Shown: piece by piece, positions 48,970-57,808 of the stretch
Layout of the letters: every line of letters begins with the position of its first letter
Position numbering within the stretch: the first letter of the stretch is position 1
Assembly (NCBI GenBank): GCA_963744145.1
Contig: CAVUSO010000001.1
Coordinates: 5,152,001 to 5,216,000, forward strand
Origin: an uncultured cyanobacterium
GTDB lineage: Bacteria > Cyanobacteriota > Cyanobacteriia > Cyanobacteriales > CAWUOF01
Reading direction: 5' to 3'
DNA length: 64,000 nucleotides
Position numbers and translations under genes: made by a program
The notes under the pieces: model-generated
Told to the model about the DNA's origin: nothing
What the model saw: the letters and a program-made list of their open reading frames with translations, nothing else
The model's database searches: none

Positions 48970-49416
48970 GTGCCAGCAAAAGACTCGATTCACGAAATCG
49001 TAAAAAAAGCAGTTATCAAAGATGGTTGGGAAATTACCAACGATCCCTATGTGATTTCTTATGGTGAGCGTTTTTTATTTGTGGATCTTGGTGCAAGCAG
49101 TTTTATTGGAGTTCGTCAAGGAAACAAACACATCGCCATTGAAATCAAGCAATTTCGTAGTCAATCTCAAATAGCTGATTTAGAGCAAGCTATAGGTCAA
49201 TATATACTATATCGTCTGTTACTTAATCAAGTCGATCCAGAACGTGACCTTTATCTTGCCATTTCTGAAGCAACTTACAGCAACATCTTTACTGAGCCAA
49301 TTGGAAAACTAGCGATCGCTCAACTACCTTTAAAGCTGATTATTGTAGATTTAAAGAAAAAGGAAATAAGCCAATGGATACCATCACGACCTATAGAGAA
49401 ATCGTCAAGCAAGTAA
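48970..49416 (+). CDS. xisH: XisH family protein
   Basis: GTG start; PAKD.IH..VK.A..KDGW.IT.DP, DLGA, IAIEIK, AIGQY. Confidence 0.9.
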   Translation: MPAKDSIHEIVKKAVIKDGWEITNDPYVISYGERFLFVDLGASSFIGVRQGNKHIAIEIKQFRSQSQIADLEQAIGQYILYRLLLNQVDPERDLYLAISEATYSNIFTEPIGKLAIAQLPLKLIIVDLKKKEISQWIPSRPIEKSSSK

Positions 49417-49697
49417 TTAGCGATTATGCGAAACTGCGCCCATCTCACGGTAATATTCGCTTAGATGCCATCTTTGATGAGATGCGCGATCGCTATGCCC
49501 TTATGCAAGTTGGTTGGGATCAAGAAAAACGGATACGTGGCAATTTAATCTATGTAATTATCGAGAACGGTAAAGTAGTAATTGAATACGATGGTATGGA
49601 ATATGGAATTACTCAGGATTTAATTAAAAAAGGTATTCTTGAGCATGATATAGTGTTGGCTTTTCTAGCAGATTTGGAGACTGTTAGCAATTTCTAA
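49374..49697 (+). CDS. xisI: XisI family protein
   Basis: IFDE.RDRY.LMQVGW...IEYDG.E.GI...DIVLAF. Confidence 0.9.
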   Translation: MDTITTYREIVKQVISDYAKLRPSHGNIRLDAIFDEMRDRYALMQVGWDQEKRIRGNLIYVIIENGKVVIEYDGMEYGITQDLIKKGILEHDIVLAFLADLETVSNF

Positions 49698-49734
49698 AGA
49701 TTGTTCAGATGCGATCGCCTCGTCAATCTGTTCC

Positions 49735-49920
49735 TTATTTCCCGACTAATTCTAGAGCTTGATTAATGACGTGGTTAGACAGATACATCCCTGATAGACA
49801 TAATTGTTCTAAAACCGGACGGGCGGCTTTAATTTTTCCACATTGTTTGGCTATAATGACTAAACCGCCTTTGGTTAAAAAAATCAATGGGGATGTATTG
49901 ATAACTGGAATTTCAGCCAC
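49735..49920 (-). pseudogene. DUF3368 PIN-like protein with internal in-frame deletion
   Basis: N-terminal VINTSPLIFL joined directly to C-terminal AK..G.I...RPVLEQL...GMYLS; only 61 aa. Confidence 0.7.
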
Positions 49921-50164
49921 GTTCTAATTCTCGCTGGAGGTCGTCAAAGTCAACTCTAAAAACATCGACTTGTTCGCGAGCAAGACTTTCCAAGAAGTCC
50001 CGGCGATTTAAACCGGCAATCTGAGCAGCTTTTTCTTGAGAAATTGCAGCTTTTTGATACCAGTAGATAGCAGCAGCAAGGCGCATATCTCGCACAAATT
50101 CCACAGGGGGAAGACCACGGGCTGAAAATACTTCTTCGGGTAATTCAATGGTAACTATGGTCAT
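49913..50164 (-). CDS. UPF0175 family antitoxin-like protein
   Basis: LAAAIYWYQ...ISQEKAAQIAGLNRRDFL. Confidence 0.88.
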   Translation of the reverse strand: MTIVTIELPEEVFSARGLPPVEFVRDMRLAAAIYWYQKAAISQEKAAQIAGLNRRDFLESLAREQVDVFRVDFDDLQRELERG

Positions 50165-50210
50165 TGGGTTCTCTAATCTTTAAAATCTAAGATCATATAA
50201 TGTAAATGCT

Positions 50211-51515
50211 ATGCTAACCGAATTTACCCTCGACAATTTCAAAAGTTATAGCACAAGTCGATTGCCTTTAGGATCGCTAACTGTATTAATAGGAGCTAAT
50301 GCTGCGGGCAAAAGTAACGCCCTTGAAGGTTTGCGTTTTCTATCATGGCTAGCTCAAGGACAAAAACTTTCTAGTATTCAATATGCGGTGAATAGTGCAG
50401 AGCGAACTGTACGGGGTCGAGTAAATGATTTATGCCATCGGGGAGAGTCAAGTTTTACCATTGGTTGCCGTTTGGACTTAACAGAGTGGAACCAACTTGA
50501 TATCACCTTGAATGTGAGAGACGGAGAAATGCACATCAGTGGTGAGCGAATCATTGGCTCTACCAATAAAATCCCGCTATATGACCTAGTTCAGCCTTCT
50601 CAAGGAGTAGGTACTGATGTTAATGTCGCATATAACAACTTTTCCAAGGGTAAGAATAAACCACAAATAACTTGCAGTGATCAAATGGCTATATTCGTGC
50701 AATTAGATAGCCCTGCGAATTTTAATGCAAAGGATGACCATTCCCAAAAGATAATTCCTGAAACTGTCCGTGAATATCAACGAGTTTTAAAAAACATCCT
50801 ATTTCTCGATCCTGTTCCTGCCAAAATGCGTGAGTACAGTTTCAAATCTGATAAGCAATTACAAGAGGATGGGACTAATCTTTCCAGTGTTCTGTATCGC
50901 TTATGGGAAAACCAACCCGAAAATCAACAGGCAATTCTGAACTTAATCCAGAGTCTACCAGAACAGGCGATCGATGGGCTAGATTTCCTTTTTGGCCCAC
51001 GAGATGAAGTCATGGTGCAACTAGCTGAAACCTTTGGGAATACCCGTCGCTATTGTGAGGCTGCATTATTATCCGATGGTACTTTGCGAGTGTTAGCGAT
51101 CGCGGCTGCGATGTTATCAGCGACAGAAGGTAGTCTAGTAGTCATTGAGGAAATCGATAATGGTGTTCATCCCAACCGAGCCAAGCATTTACTCAGCAGT
51201 ATTCGAGATCTTGCCGAACGACGTAAATTAGGAGTGCTGCTTTCCACCCATAACCCAGCATTAATGGATGCTTTACCCGATGAAGCTCTTAAAGATGTTG
51301 TGTTTTGTTTTCGCAATCCAGAAGCAGGAGATAGCCGTCTGGTTAGACTTGGTGATATGTACGATTTTCCTAGTTTGATATTACAAGGACTTCTCGGACA
51401 ATTGGTCACGGCTGGAGTAGTGGATCGGTTTGTCAAGTCAGCCCACACACCCGAAGATAAAAAACAGCAGACTATGGCATGGCTATCTCGATTGCAGGAG
51501 TATGGCAATGAGTAG
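50211..51515 (+). CDS. AAA_21/ABC-type ATPase (defence-associated type)
   Basis: LDNFKSY, GANAAGKSN, LSDGTLR, IEEIDNGVHP, STHNP. Confidence 0.9.
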   Translation: MLTEFTLDNFKSYSTSRLPLGSLTVLIGANAAGKSNALEGLRFLSWLAQGQKLSSIQYAVNSAERTVRGRVNDLCHRGESSFTIGCRLDLTEWNQLDITLNVRDGEMHISGERIIGSTNKIPLYDLVQPSQGVGTDVNVAYNNFSKGKNKPQITCSDQMAIFVQLDSPANFNAKDDHSQKIIPETVREYQRVLKNILFLDPVPAKMREYSFKSDKQLQEDGTNLSSVLYRLWENQPENQQAILNLIQSLPEQAIDGLDFLFGPRDEVMVQLAETFGNTRRYCEAALLSDGTLRVLAIAAAMLSATEGSLVVIEEIDNGVHPNRAKHLLSSIRDLAERRKLGVLLSTHNPALMDALPDEALKDVVFCFRNPEAGDSRLVRLGDMYDFPSLILQGLLGQLVTAGVVDRFVKSAHTPEDKKQQTMAWLSRLQEYGNE

Positions 51516-51571
51516 TATTTGCCTGATTGATACGAGTATATTCTTAGTAATGCTTAACGTTCCCAACTATA
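51508..51571 (+). pseudogene. PIN-like gene, 5' stub only
   Basis: MSSICLIDTSIFLVMLNVPNY overlaps the ATPase stop and is cut by the MITE left end. Confidence 0.65.
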
Positions 51572-51592
51572 CAGCGGATTCTACTTTGATGA

Positions 51593-53459
51593 CAGCAATT
51601 CTCATTTTGAAAAAAATCAGAGAAAATTCTCTTATTTAAATAGAGAACTTGTGTCGAAGCATGATTTTTTGACAGATAATTATCATCCGACGCTGAAGAT
51701 AGACAAGTTTTCAGAAATTTGTCCATGAAAAATCGATTTCAACTGATACATCCAGATGAAATTCTCACCCATTTTTTAGGTTTTTTTTGATAAAAAACTT
51801 TCCCTTCCTCTTTCAATATATTGATATTTTTCAACTAGAATTTAGTTTTTTTAATGGGACATTCTCGGTGAGAATAAATGAGAATAAATCTGACCAATTT
51901 TTGAACCATAAATATTTTAATAAGGTCCGAATATCCTTAAAGAAAGTAGTTCGAGTTACTAATAGGTCACGAACTTTTTGATAGATGTAATTAACTAAAT
52001 CCAAAACAGTATGAAATAAAAAAGCTAGTAAATTCAAAGACAATAATAACTCGCACAAATGATTTTCACCATGACCAAAGTTATGCTCTAAATTATAACC
52101 GTGATTTTTAAGAACGTTATTACTTTCATTCTCAACTTTCCATCTGCTGCGCCCAGCTTTGACAATTTCTTCAATATTATTTTCAGTGATTTTATGATTA
52201 GTGATCCAATTATTTTGGTAGATAATTTTCTGTGTTTCCTCATTAATAACAGTCACTTCGTACCAATTAACTTCGAGACTTGATTCTTCATCTTTTAAGG
52301 GAACTCTATTAGCATAGCGATAACGATACAGGAGATTTTTTCGCCCATCCCATTGGGGCTTTTTAATGGTAGTAACTTCTCCACTTTTTTCTAAAAACTC
52401 TAGCCATTCATATAAAGTTTTATGCGAAGTTTCTCGACCAACAAAAATAAAATTATATCCTTGTTTTAGAGCTAATTCACAAATAGGTTGGTGGGCATAT
52501 AAGTCATCCCCTAAAAGGGTTACAGGATAACCATATTTATTTTGATGATTCTTATTCAACCATCTTTTAACCGCCGCATTTTCACAATCTTGTTTTTGAT
52601 GACCATCCAGGTTTTTAATAAATTCTGGCGCTAAACTAATCACTTGGTTTTGATTAGGAGAAACTACAATAGGTGTAACACAGCTATGAAAATAGGTGGT
52701 AGTTCCATTGCGATGATTACGACGGTTACAATGAGGACAATTTATTTTCTGTGATGAAAAATATTCGGTGCCATCTAAAGCCATTAAAATTTCTTCATCT
52801 AAGTAGAGAAACTTTTTCAAAACTCCGTTTTTATTTAACCATTCATAGACTTCTTGAAAAGCCATAAATATAGTAGCTGCTGGCACCGGATCTAACAAAT
52901 TTCTGATTTGATTATCACAGGGAATTTTCTTAATTGAAAATAAACTTTCTGCGTTATCTTTTCCTTTATTGCTTTTCATTAACCGCTGATGGTCTAAAAA
53001 AGATGCTGACTGAGTAAAAAAGATTGAAAATGCAGCCATCACTGCATCTTCTACCTGGTATTTCGTATTATTTCCAGGTTTCCTTTCATCAGGTAAGTCA
53101 TGTAATTGTTGACGTAAAAATTCGATTAATTCAGGGATTTCTAGGGTCGCTGCTTTTTGAGCCATGTTTGAGTAATTTAACGTGCTGTCAGATTTTTAAC
53201 TCACCGATTATACCTCATCTGATCACAATTATAAATTTTTATTTTCCTTGAATTCCCTATTCTAAAAACCGAACTATCAAACTGGATTTCCCTCGTTCGT
53301 TGTCAGGCCATCCTCGATTCTATTGAGTATTTATACTTAGATATTGACCCAATTGTTTTTTAGCCATTGCCTCTGCCTGAAAAACTGGTTATTTTGTACT
53401 ATATTTTCAATTCCCAAATCGGGATTAATACTCTATTTTTTTTAAAATGAGAATTGCTG
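51593..53459 (-). mobile_element. Insertion sequence (ISNCY-like DDE), 1867 bp
   Basis: 25-bp TIRs CAGCAATTCTCATTTT(G/A)AAAAAAAT; 9-bp target duplication CTTTGATGA (51584-51592 and 53460-53468). Confidence 0.93.
51831..53165 (-). CDS. DDE transposase
   Basis: ALDGT, LGDDLY, GRSRWKVENE..N.LK..GY.LEHNFGHG. Confidence 0.93.
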   Translation of the reverse strand: MAQKAATLEIPELIEFLRQQLHDLPDERKPGNNTKYQVEDAVMAAFSIFFTQSASFLDHQRLMKSNKGKDNAESLFSIKKIPCDNQIRNLLDPVPAATIFMAFQEVYEWLNKNGVLKKFLYLDEEILMALDGTEYFSSQKINCPHCNRRNHRNGTTTYFHSCVTPIVVSPNQNQVISLAPEFIKNLDGHQKQDCENAAVKRWLNKNHQNKYGYPVTLLGDDLYAHQPICELALKQGYNFIFVGRETSHKTLYEWLEFLEKSGEVTTIKKPQWDGRKNLLYRYRYANRVPLKDEESSLEVNWYEVTVINEETQKIIYQNNWITNHKITENNIEEIVKAGRSRWKVENESNNVLKNHGYNLEHNFGHGENHLCELLLSLNLLAFLFHTVLDLVNYIYQKVRDLLVTRTTFFKDIRTLLKYLWFKNWSDLFSFILTENVPLKKLNSS

Positions 53460-53695
53460 CTTTGATGATGTACAGTAAGATTTGGCGTGAATAGCGATCA
53501 GTTAAAGTCAATTGTGATTGATCTGTGTTGGTTGGGCGGGTTTATGATGTTGATCTATTTGTGTCAAAATTAACTGGTGAACCCGCCCCTACAAATCCTG
53601 GTTTATTGTGATCATATAATTCATAGACAATACATTTTTATGAGCTAATAAGGGCGGGTTCACCGATGAATTTTCACACACAAATAACTCTTGTG

Positions 53696-54095
53696 CCGAG
53701 CGCTTGCCCTGAGTTTATCCTGAGCGTAGCCGAAGGGCGAAGTCGAAGGGTAGTCGAGATATTGATGAACCCGCCCTGCTTGAATTTCAGATTTTTTGGT
53801 AAATCATACATAATCTGAACATTTTGATCACCTGTAGGGGCGGGTTCACCGATGAATTTGCCACATACAAATAACTCTTGTGCCGAGCGCTTGCCCTGAG
53901 CGTAGTCGAAGGGTAGTCGAGGTATTGATGAACCCGCCCTGCCCCACAGATCACCTTGATGAACTACCCCATCTGATTTCACAGACAACACTCGACTACC
54001 CCCTTCCCTTCGACTACGCTCAGGGTAAACTCAAGGCAAGCTTCGACTACGCCCTTCGGCTACGCTCAGGATAAACTCAGGGCAAGCGTTCGACA
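53696..54095. repeat. Cluster of ~20-bp CCTGAGCGTAGTCGAAGG / CTTCGACTACGCTCAGG palindromic units
   Basis: Many nested copies on both strands; also at 5063-5078 and inside hsdR. Confidence 0.85.
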
Positions 54096-54136
54096 CAAGC
54101 AAGTGCTATACTTTATCAATCGGTCAAACGCTATAT

Positions 54137-57100
54137 ATGAGCCAGTTTACCTTCCTCCAAACCGAATTCTCCGAAATTTACGAATCGGCTAACAAAGCAG
54201 TTAGTGCTGCATATCCCGATCCCCGCGCTGCTTGCTTTTATGCCCGTCGAGCCTTGGAATTAACTGTAAACTGGTTATATAAACACGATAATTCCCTAGA
54301 ACTGCCTTACCAAGACAATCTCAGCGCCCTAATTCATGAGCCCACTTTTAAAAACTTGGTAGGTGAAGCAGTATTTAATAAAGCAAGAGTCATTACTAAA
54401 CTGGGTAATCAGGCAGTCCACAGTTCCAGAGTGATCTCTGTTAATGATTCTATTAGTGCAGTCAGGGAGTTGTTTCACTTTACTTATTGGTTAGTACATA
54501 CCTACGGACGCAACACTAAACCACCATCAGGGCTAACCTTTAACCCCGACTTATTGCCCAAAACTACACCCGTACCTAAACAAACTATTGAACAACTCCA
54601 GAAACTAGAAACTCAACTGCGCGATCGCGATGAAAAACTCTCTACACTTCTAGCCGATAAAAATGCGATCGATGAGGAATTAAAGCAACTACGGACAGAA
54701 TTAGCAGCAGTTAAGAAAGCCAACGTCACCCAGCTCGATCGCCATGACTATTCTGAAGCACAAACCCGCGATCTATTTATAGACTTGTTATTAAAAGAAG
54801 CAGGATGGGCACTAGATCAACCGCGCGATCGCGAGTTTAAAGTTACAGGAATGCCCAACAAATCGGGTAAAGGTGTAATTGATTATGTTCTCTGGGGAAA
54901 TGATGGTAAACCCTTAGCAGTGATTGAAGCAAAACACGCTAAACAAGACCCAAGAGTAGGACAGCAGCAAGCAAAACTTTATGCTAATTGTCTTGAAACC
55001 CAATTTAGTCAGCGTCCCATTATTTTCTATACCAATGGTTATGAGCATTGGCTCTGGGATGACACCAATTATCCACCCCGACAAATACAAGGCTTTTACA
55101 AAAAAGCTGAATTAGAATTACTTGTACAGCGTCGTACTACTCGTAAATCCCTAGCAACAGCTACTATTAACTCACAAATTGCCGAACGTTATTATCAAAC
55201 TCGTGGTATTCGTCGCATTACTGAAGCTTTCGAGCAAGATAAAGACCGCAAAGCTCTGATTGTTATGGCTACTGGAGCAGGTAAAACTAGAACAGCGATC
55301 GCCTTAGTTGATCTGCTCATGCGTTGTAATTGGGTAAAACGGGTATTATTTTTAGCCGATCGCGTAGCCTTAGTAAATCAAGCCATTAATGTATTTAAGA
55401 AACATCTCCCTGATGCTGCTCCAGTTAACTTAGTCACCGAAAAAAATACTGAAGGACGAGTATTTGCATCTACTTATCCCACCATGATGGGGTTAATTGA
55501 TGATACCCGCGATGGTCAGCGTCGTTTTGGAGTTGGACATTTTGACCTAATTATTATCGATGAAGCTCATCGTTCAGTTTTCCAGAAATATCGTGCTATT
55601 TTTAACTATTTTGATGCTCTCTTACTCGGATTAACCGCTACACCCAAGGATGAAATAGATCGCAATACTTACGGATTGTTTGATTTAGAAAATGGAGTTC
55701 CGACCGATGCTTACCAGCTTGAAGATGCTGTAAAAGATGGCTTTTTAGTACCTCCTCAAGCTATATCTGTACCGCTAAAATTTCAACGGGAAGGAATTAG
55801 CTATAACGATCTTTCTGAAGCTGAGAAATTAGAGTGGGATACTCTAGAATGGAATGAAGAAGATCAGATACCCGATCGGGTGAAAGCTGAAGCTGTTAAT
55901 CATTGGCTATTCAATCAAGATACGGTAGACAAAGTATTAGAGCATCTGATGACTAGGGGATTAAAAGTTGCGGGTGGCGATCGCCTCGGTAAAACTATTA
56001 TCTTTGCTAAAAACCAAGATCATGCTGATTTTATTGCGGAACGATTCAATGCTAATTATCCGCATTTGAAGGGTGAATTTGCTCGGGTGATAACTTTTAG
56101 AACTACCTATTCTCAAAGTTTGATTGATAATTTTTCTAGTCAGGATAAAAATCCCCATATTGCGATCTCGGTGGATATGCTGGATACGGGGATTGATGTG
56201 CCAGAGGTAGTTAATTTAGTGCTGTTTAAACTTGTCCGCTCTAAGACTAAGTTTTGGCAGATGATGGGAAGAGGTACTAGATTATGTCCTGATCTCTTTG
56301 GATTAGGGCAAGATAAGCAATTTTTCTATCTGTTTGACTATTGCCAAAATCTGGAGTTTTTTCAGCATAATCTGAATCCTATTGATGCTCCATTAAGTAA
56401 GTCATTGGCTAAACAGTTATTTACTAAACGATTAGAATTAATTACATCGCTAGATAATACCAGCCTTCGACTACGCTCAGGCTACGTGGATAAAGTTAAT
56501 CGGTATGTGAGCGAAACCAAGGGCAAATATGATGCACCAAAGATTGATCAAGTGAATCGATGCCTGAGCGAAGTCGAAGGCACATCTAAAGAACCAAAGA
56601 CTGATGAAGAATTGCGTGATGAAGTAGCTAATTTACTTTGTAAAGAAGTTGCTGCTATGAATACCGAAAACTTCCTAGTGCGCCCAAAACGGAGATTGAT
56701 AGAAAAATACACTAATCCCGAAACCTGGCGATCGCTATCAAATGAAGATTTTACTGAACTGAGTCAAGAAGTAGCGGGTTTACCTTCCCAATTGGAAGTA
56801 GAAGCAGAAGAAATCAAGAGATTTGATGTACTGATGCTAAAGTTACAATTAGCAAATATACAGGCTAATTCTGCCTTTAAACGTTGGCAAGAACAAGTGA
56901 AATCAATAGCGGAGTTACTAGAAGAAAAATCTGCTATTCCATTAGTAAAAGAACAGTTATCTCTAATTCAGGATCTCCAAACTGATGAGTGGTGGCAAGA
57001 TGTCACATTACCCATGTTAGAAGTAGTACGCCAACGCCTAAGAGAATTAGTAAAATTTATTGAGAAACAAAAACGCCAACCTATTTATACTGACTTTGAA

Positions 57101-57628
57101 GATGTAATAGGAGATGAGGAAATAGTTGATCTACCTGGAGTTATAGGATCAGATAACTTTGAAAAATTCCGGATTAAAGCTCGTGCCTTTTTGCGATCGC
57201 ATCAGGATCATGTAGTTATTTTCAAACTAAGAACTAACAAACAACTCACTCCCTCTGATCTAGCTGAACTAGAAAAAATACTACTCGAGAACCACCTAGG
57301 TATTGAAGAGGATATAATCCGTGCTAAAGAAGAATCACAAGGATTAGGTTTATTCGTCCGCTCTTTAGTAGGATTAGATCGAGAAGTCGCCAAACAAGAA
57401 CTAGATAAGTTCATATCTGGGAAAAATCTTAACTCTAATCAAATTGAGTTTGTCAACATGATTGTAGACTACCTCACTGCACATGGTATAATGAACGGGG
57501 CAATCCTCTATGAATCTCCCTTTACCGACATTACATCATCCGGACCAGATGGATTATTTACCTCGACTCAAGTAGATGAATTGTTTTCGATACTTGAAGA
57601 AGTTTATAAAAGAGCCGCTGCATCATAA
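54137..57628 (+). CDS. hsdR: Type I restriction endonuclease subunit R (DUF4145 N-terminus, EcoAI/EcoEI-like)
   Basis: IDYVL...IEAK nuclease motif, ATGAGKT, DEAHRS, TATP, MLDTGID, QMMGRGTR. Confidence 0.95.
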   Translation: MSQFTFLQTEFSEIYESANKAVSAAYPDPRAACFYARRALELTVNWLYKHDNSLELPYQDNLSALIHEPTFKNLVGEAVFNKARVITKLGNQAVHSSRVISVNDSISAVRELFHFTYWLVHTYGRNTKPPSGLTFNPDLLPKTTPVPKQTIEQLQKLETQLRDRDEKLSTLLADKNAIDEELKQLRTELAAVKKANVTQLDRHDYSEAQTRDLFIDLLLKEAGWALDQPRDREFKVTGMPNKSGKGVIDYVLWGNDGKPLAVIEAKHAKQDPRVGQQQAKLYANCLETQFSQRPIIFYTNGYEHWLWDDTNYPPRQIQGFYKKAELELLVQRRTTRKSLATATINSQIAERYYQTRGIRRITEAFEQDKDRKALIVMATGAGKTRTAIALVDLLMRCNWVKRVLFLADRVALVNQAINVFKKHLPDAAPVNLVTEKNTEGRVFASTYPTMMGLIDDTRDGQRRFGVGHFDLIIIDEAHRSVFQKYRAIFNYFDALLLGLTATPKDEIDRNTYGLFDLENGVPTDAYQLEDAVKDGFLVPPQAISVPLKFQREGISYNDLSEAEKLEWDTLEWNEEDQIPDRVKAEAVNHWLFNQDTVDKVLEHLMTRGLKVAGGDRLGKTIIFAKNQDHADFIAERFNANYPHLKGEFARVITFRTTYSQSLIDNFSSQDKNPHIAISVDMLDTGIDVPEVVNLVLFKLVRSKTKFWQMMGRGTRLCPDLFGLGQDKQFFYLFDYCQNLEFFQHNLNPIDAPLSKSLAKQLFTKRLELITSLDNTSLRLRSGYVDKVNRYVSETKGKYDAPKIDQVNRCLSEVEGTSKEPKTDEELRDEVANLLCKEVAAMNTENFLVRPKRRLIEKYTNPETWRSLSNEDFTELSQEVAGLPSQLEVEAEEIKRFDVLMLKLQLANIQANSAFKRWQEQVKSIAELLEEKSAIPLVKEQLSLIQDLQTDEWWQDVTLPMLEVVRQRLRELVKFIEKQKRQPIYTDFEDVIGDEEIVDLPGVIGSDNFEKFRIKARAFLRSHQDHVVIFKLRTNKQLTPSDLAELEKILLENHLGIEEDIIRAKEESQGLGLFVRSLVGLDREVAKQELDKFISGKNLNSNQIEFVNMIVDYLTAHGIMNGAILYESPFTDITSSGPDGLFTSTQVDELFSILEEVYKRAAAS

Positions 57629-57701
57629 CTACTACCCATTTTTTTAAATGGCGATGTTTGGTTTGCCAAAATTGTCCCACATATTCGTAGCAGTGCCTCT
57701 G

Positions 57702-57732
57702 CGGTTGGTAAAAAAAATCTTTTTACCAACCG
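57702..57732. terminator. Perfect 13-bp hairpin between hsdR and valS
   Basis: CGGTTGGTAAAAA-5 nt-TTTTTACCAACCG. Confidence 0.5.
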
Positions 57733-57808
57733 ATTAGCTTATGCTCATTAAAGCTCAGCCCTGTGGCAAAATCTTAAGTAAGTCTGTCTGAAATTTAGTA
57801 ATTCTTCG

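Larger units (their letters stand above)
51572..54133. mobile_element. MITE family A, copy 3, containing an IS and expanded REP arrays
   Basis: Left end CAGCGGAT..., right end ...AATCGGTCAAACGCTA; TATA on both flanks. Confidence 0.78.

Noticed and set aside
53470..54110. Possible CRISPR array or small ORFs (53674-53991, 53880-54074)
   Set aside because: Irregular nested palindromes within a MITE, no regular spacing; the ORFs are translations of repeats
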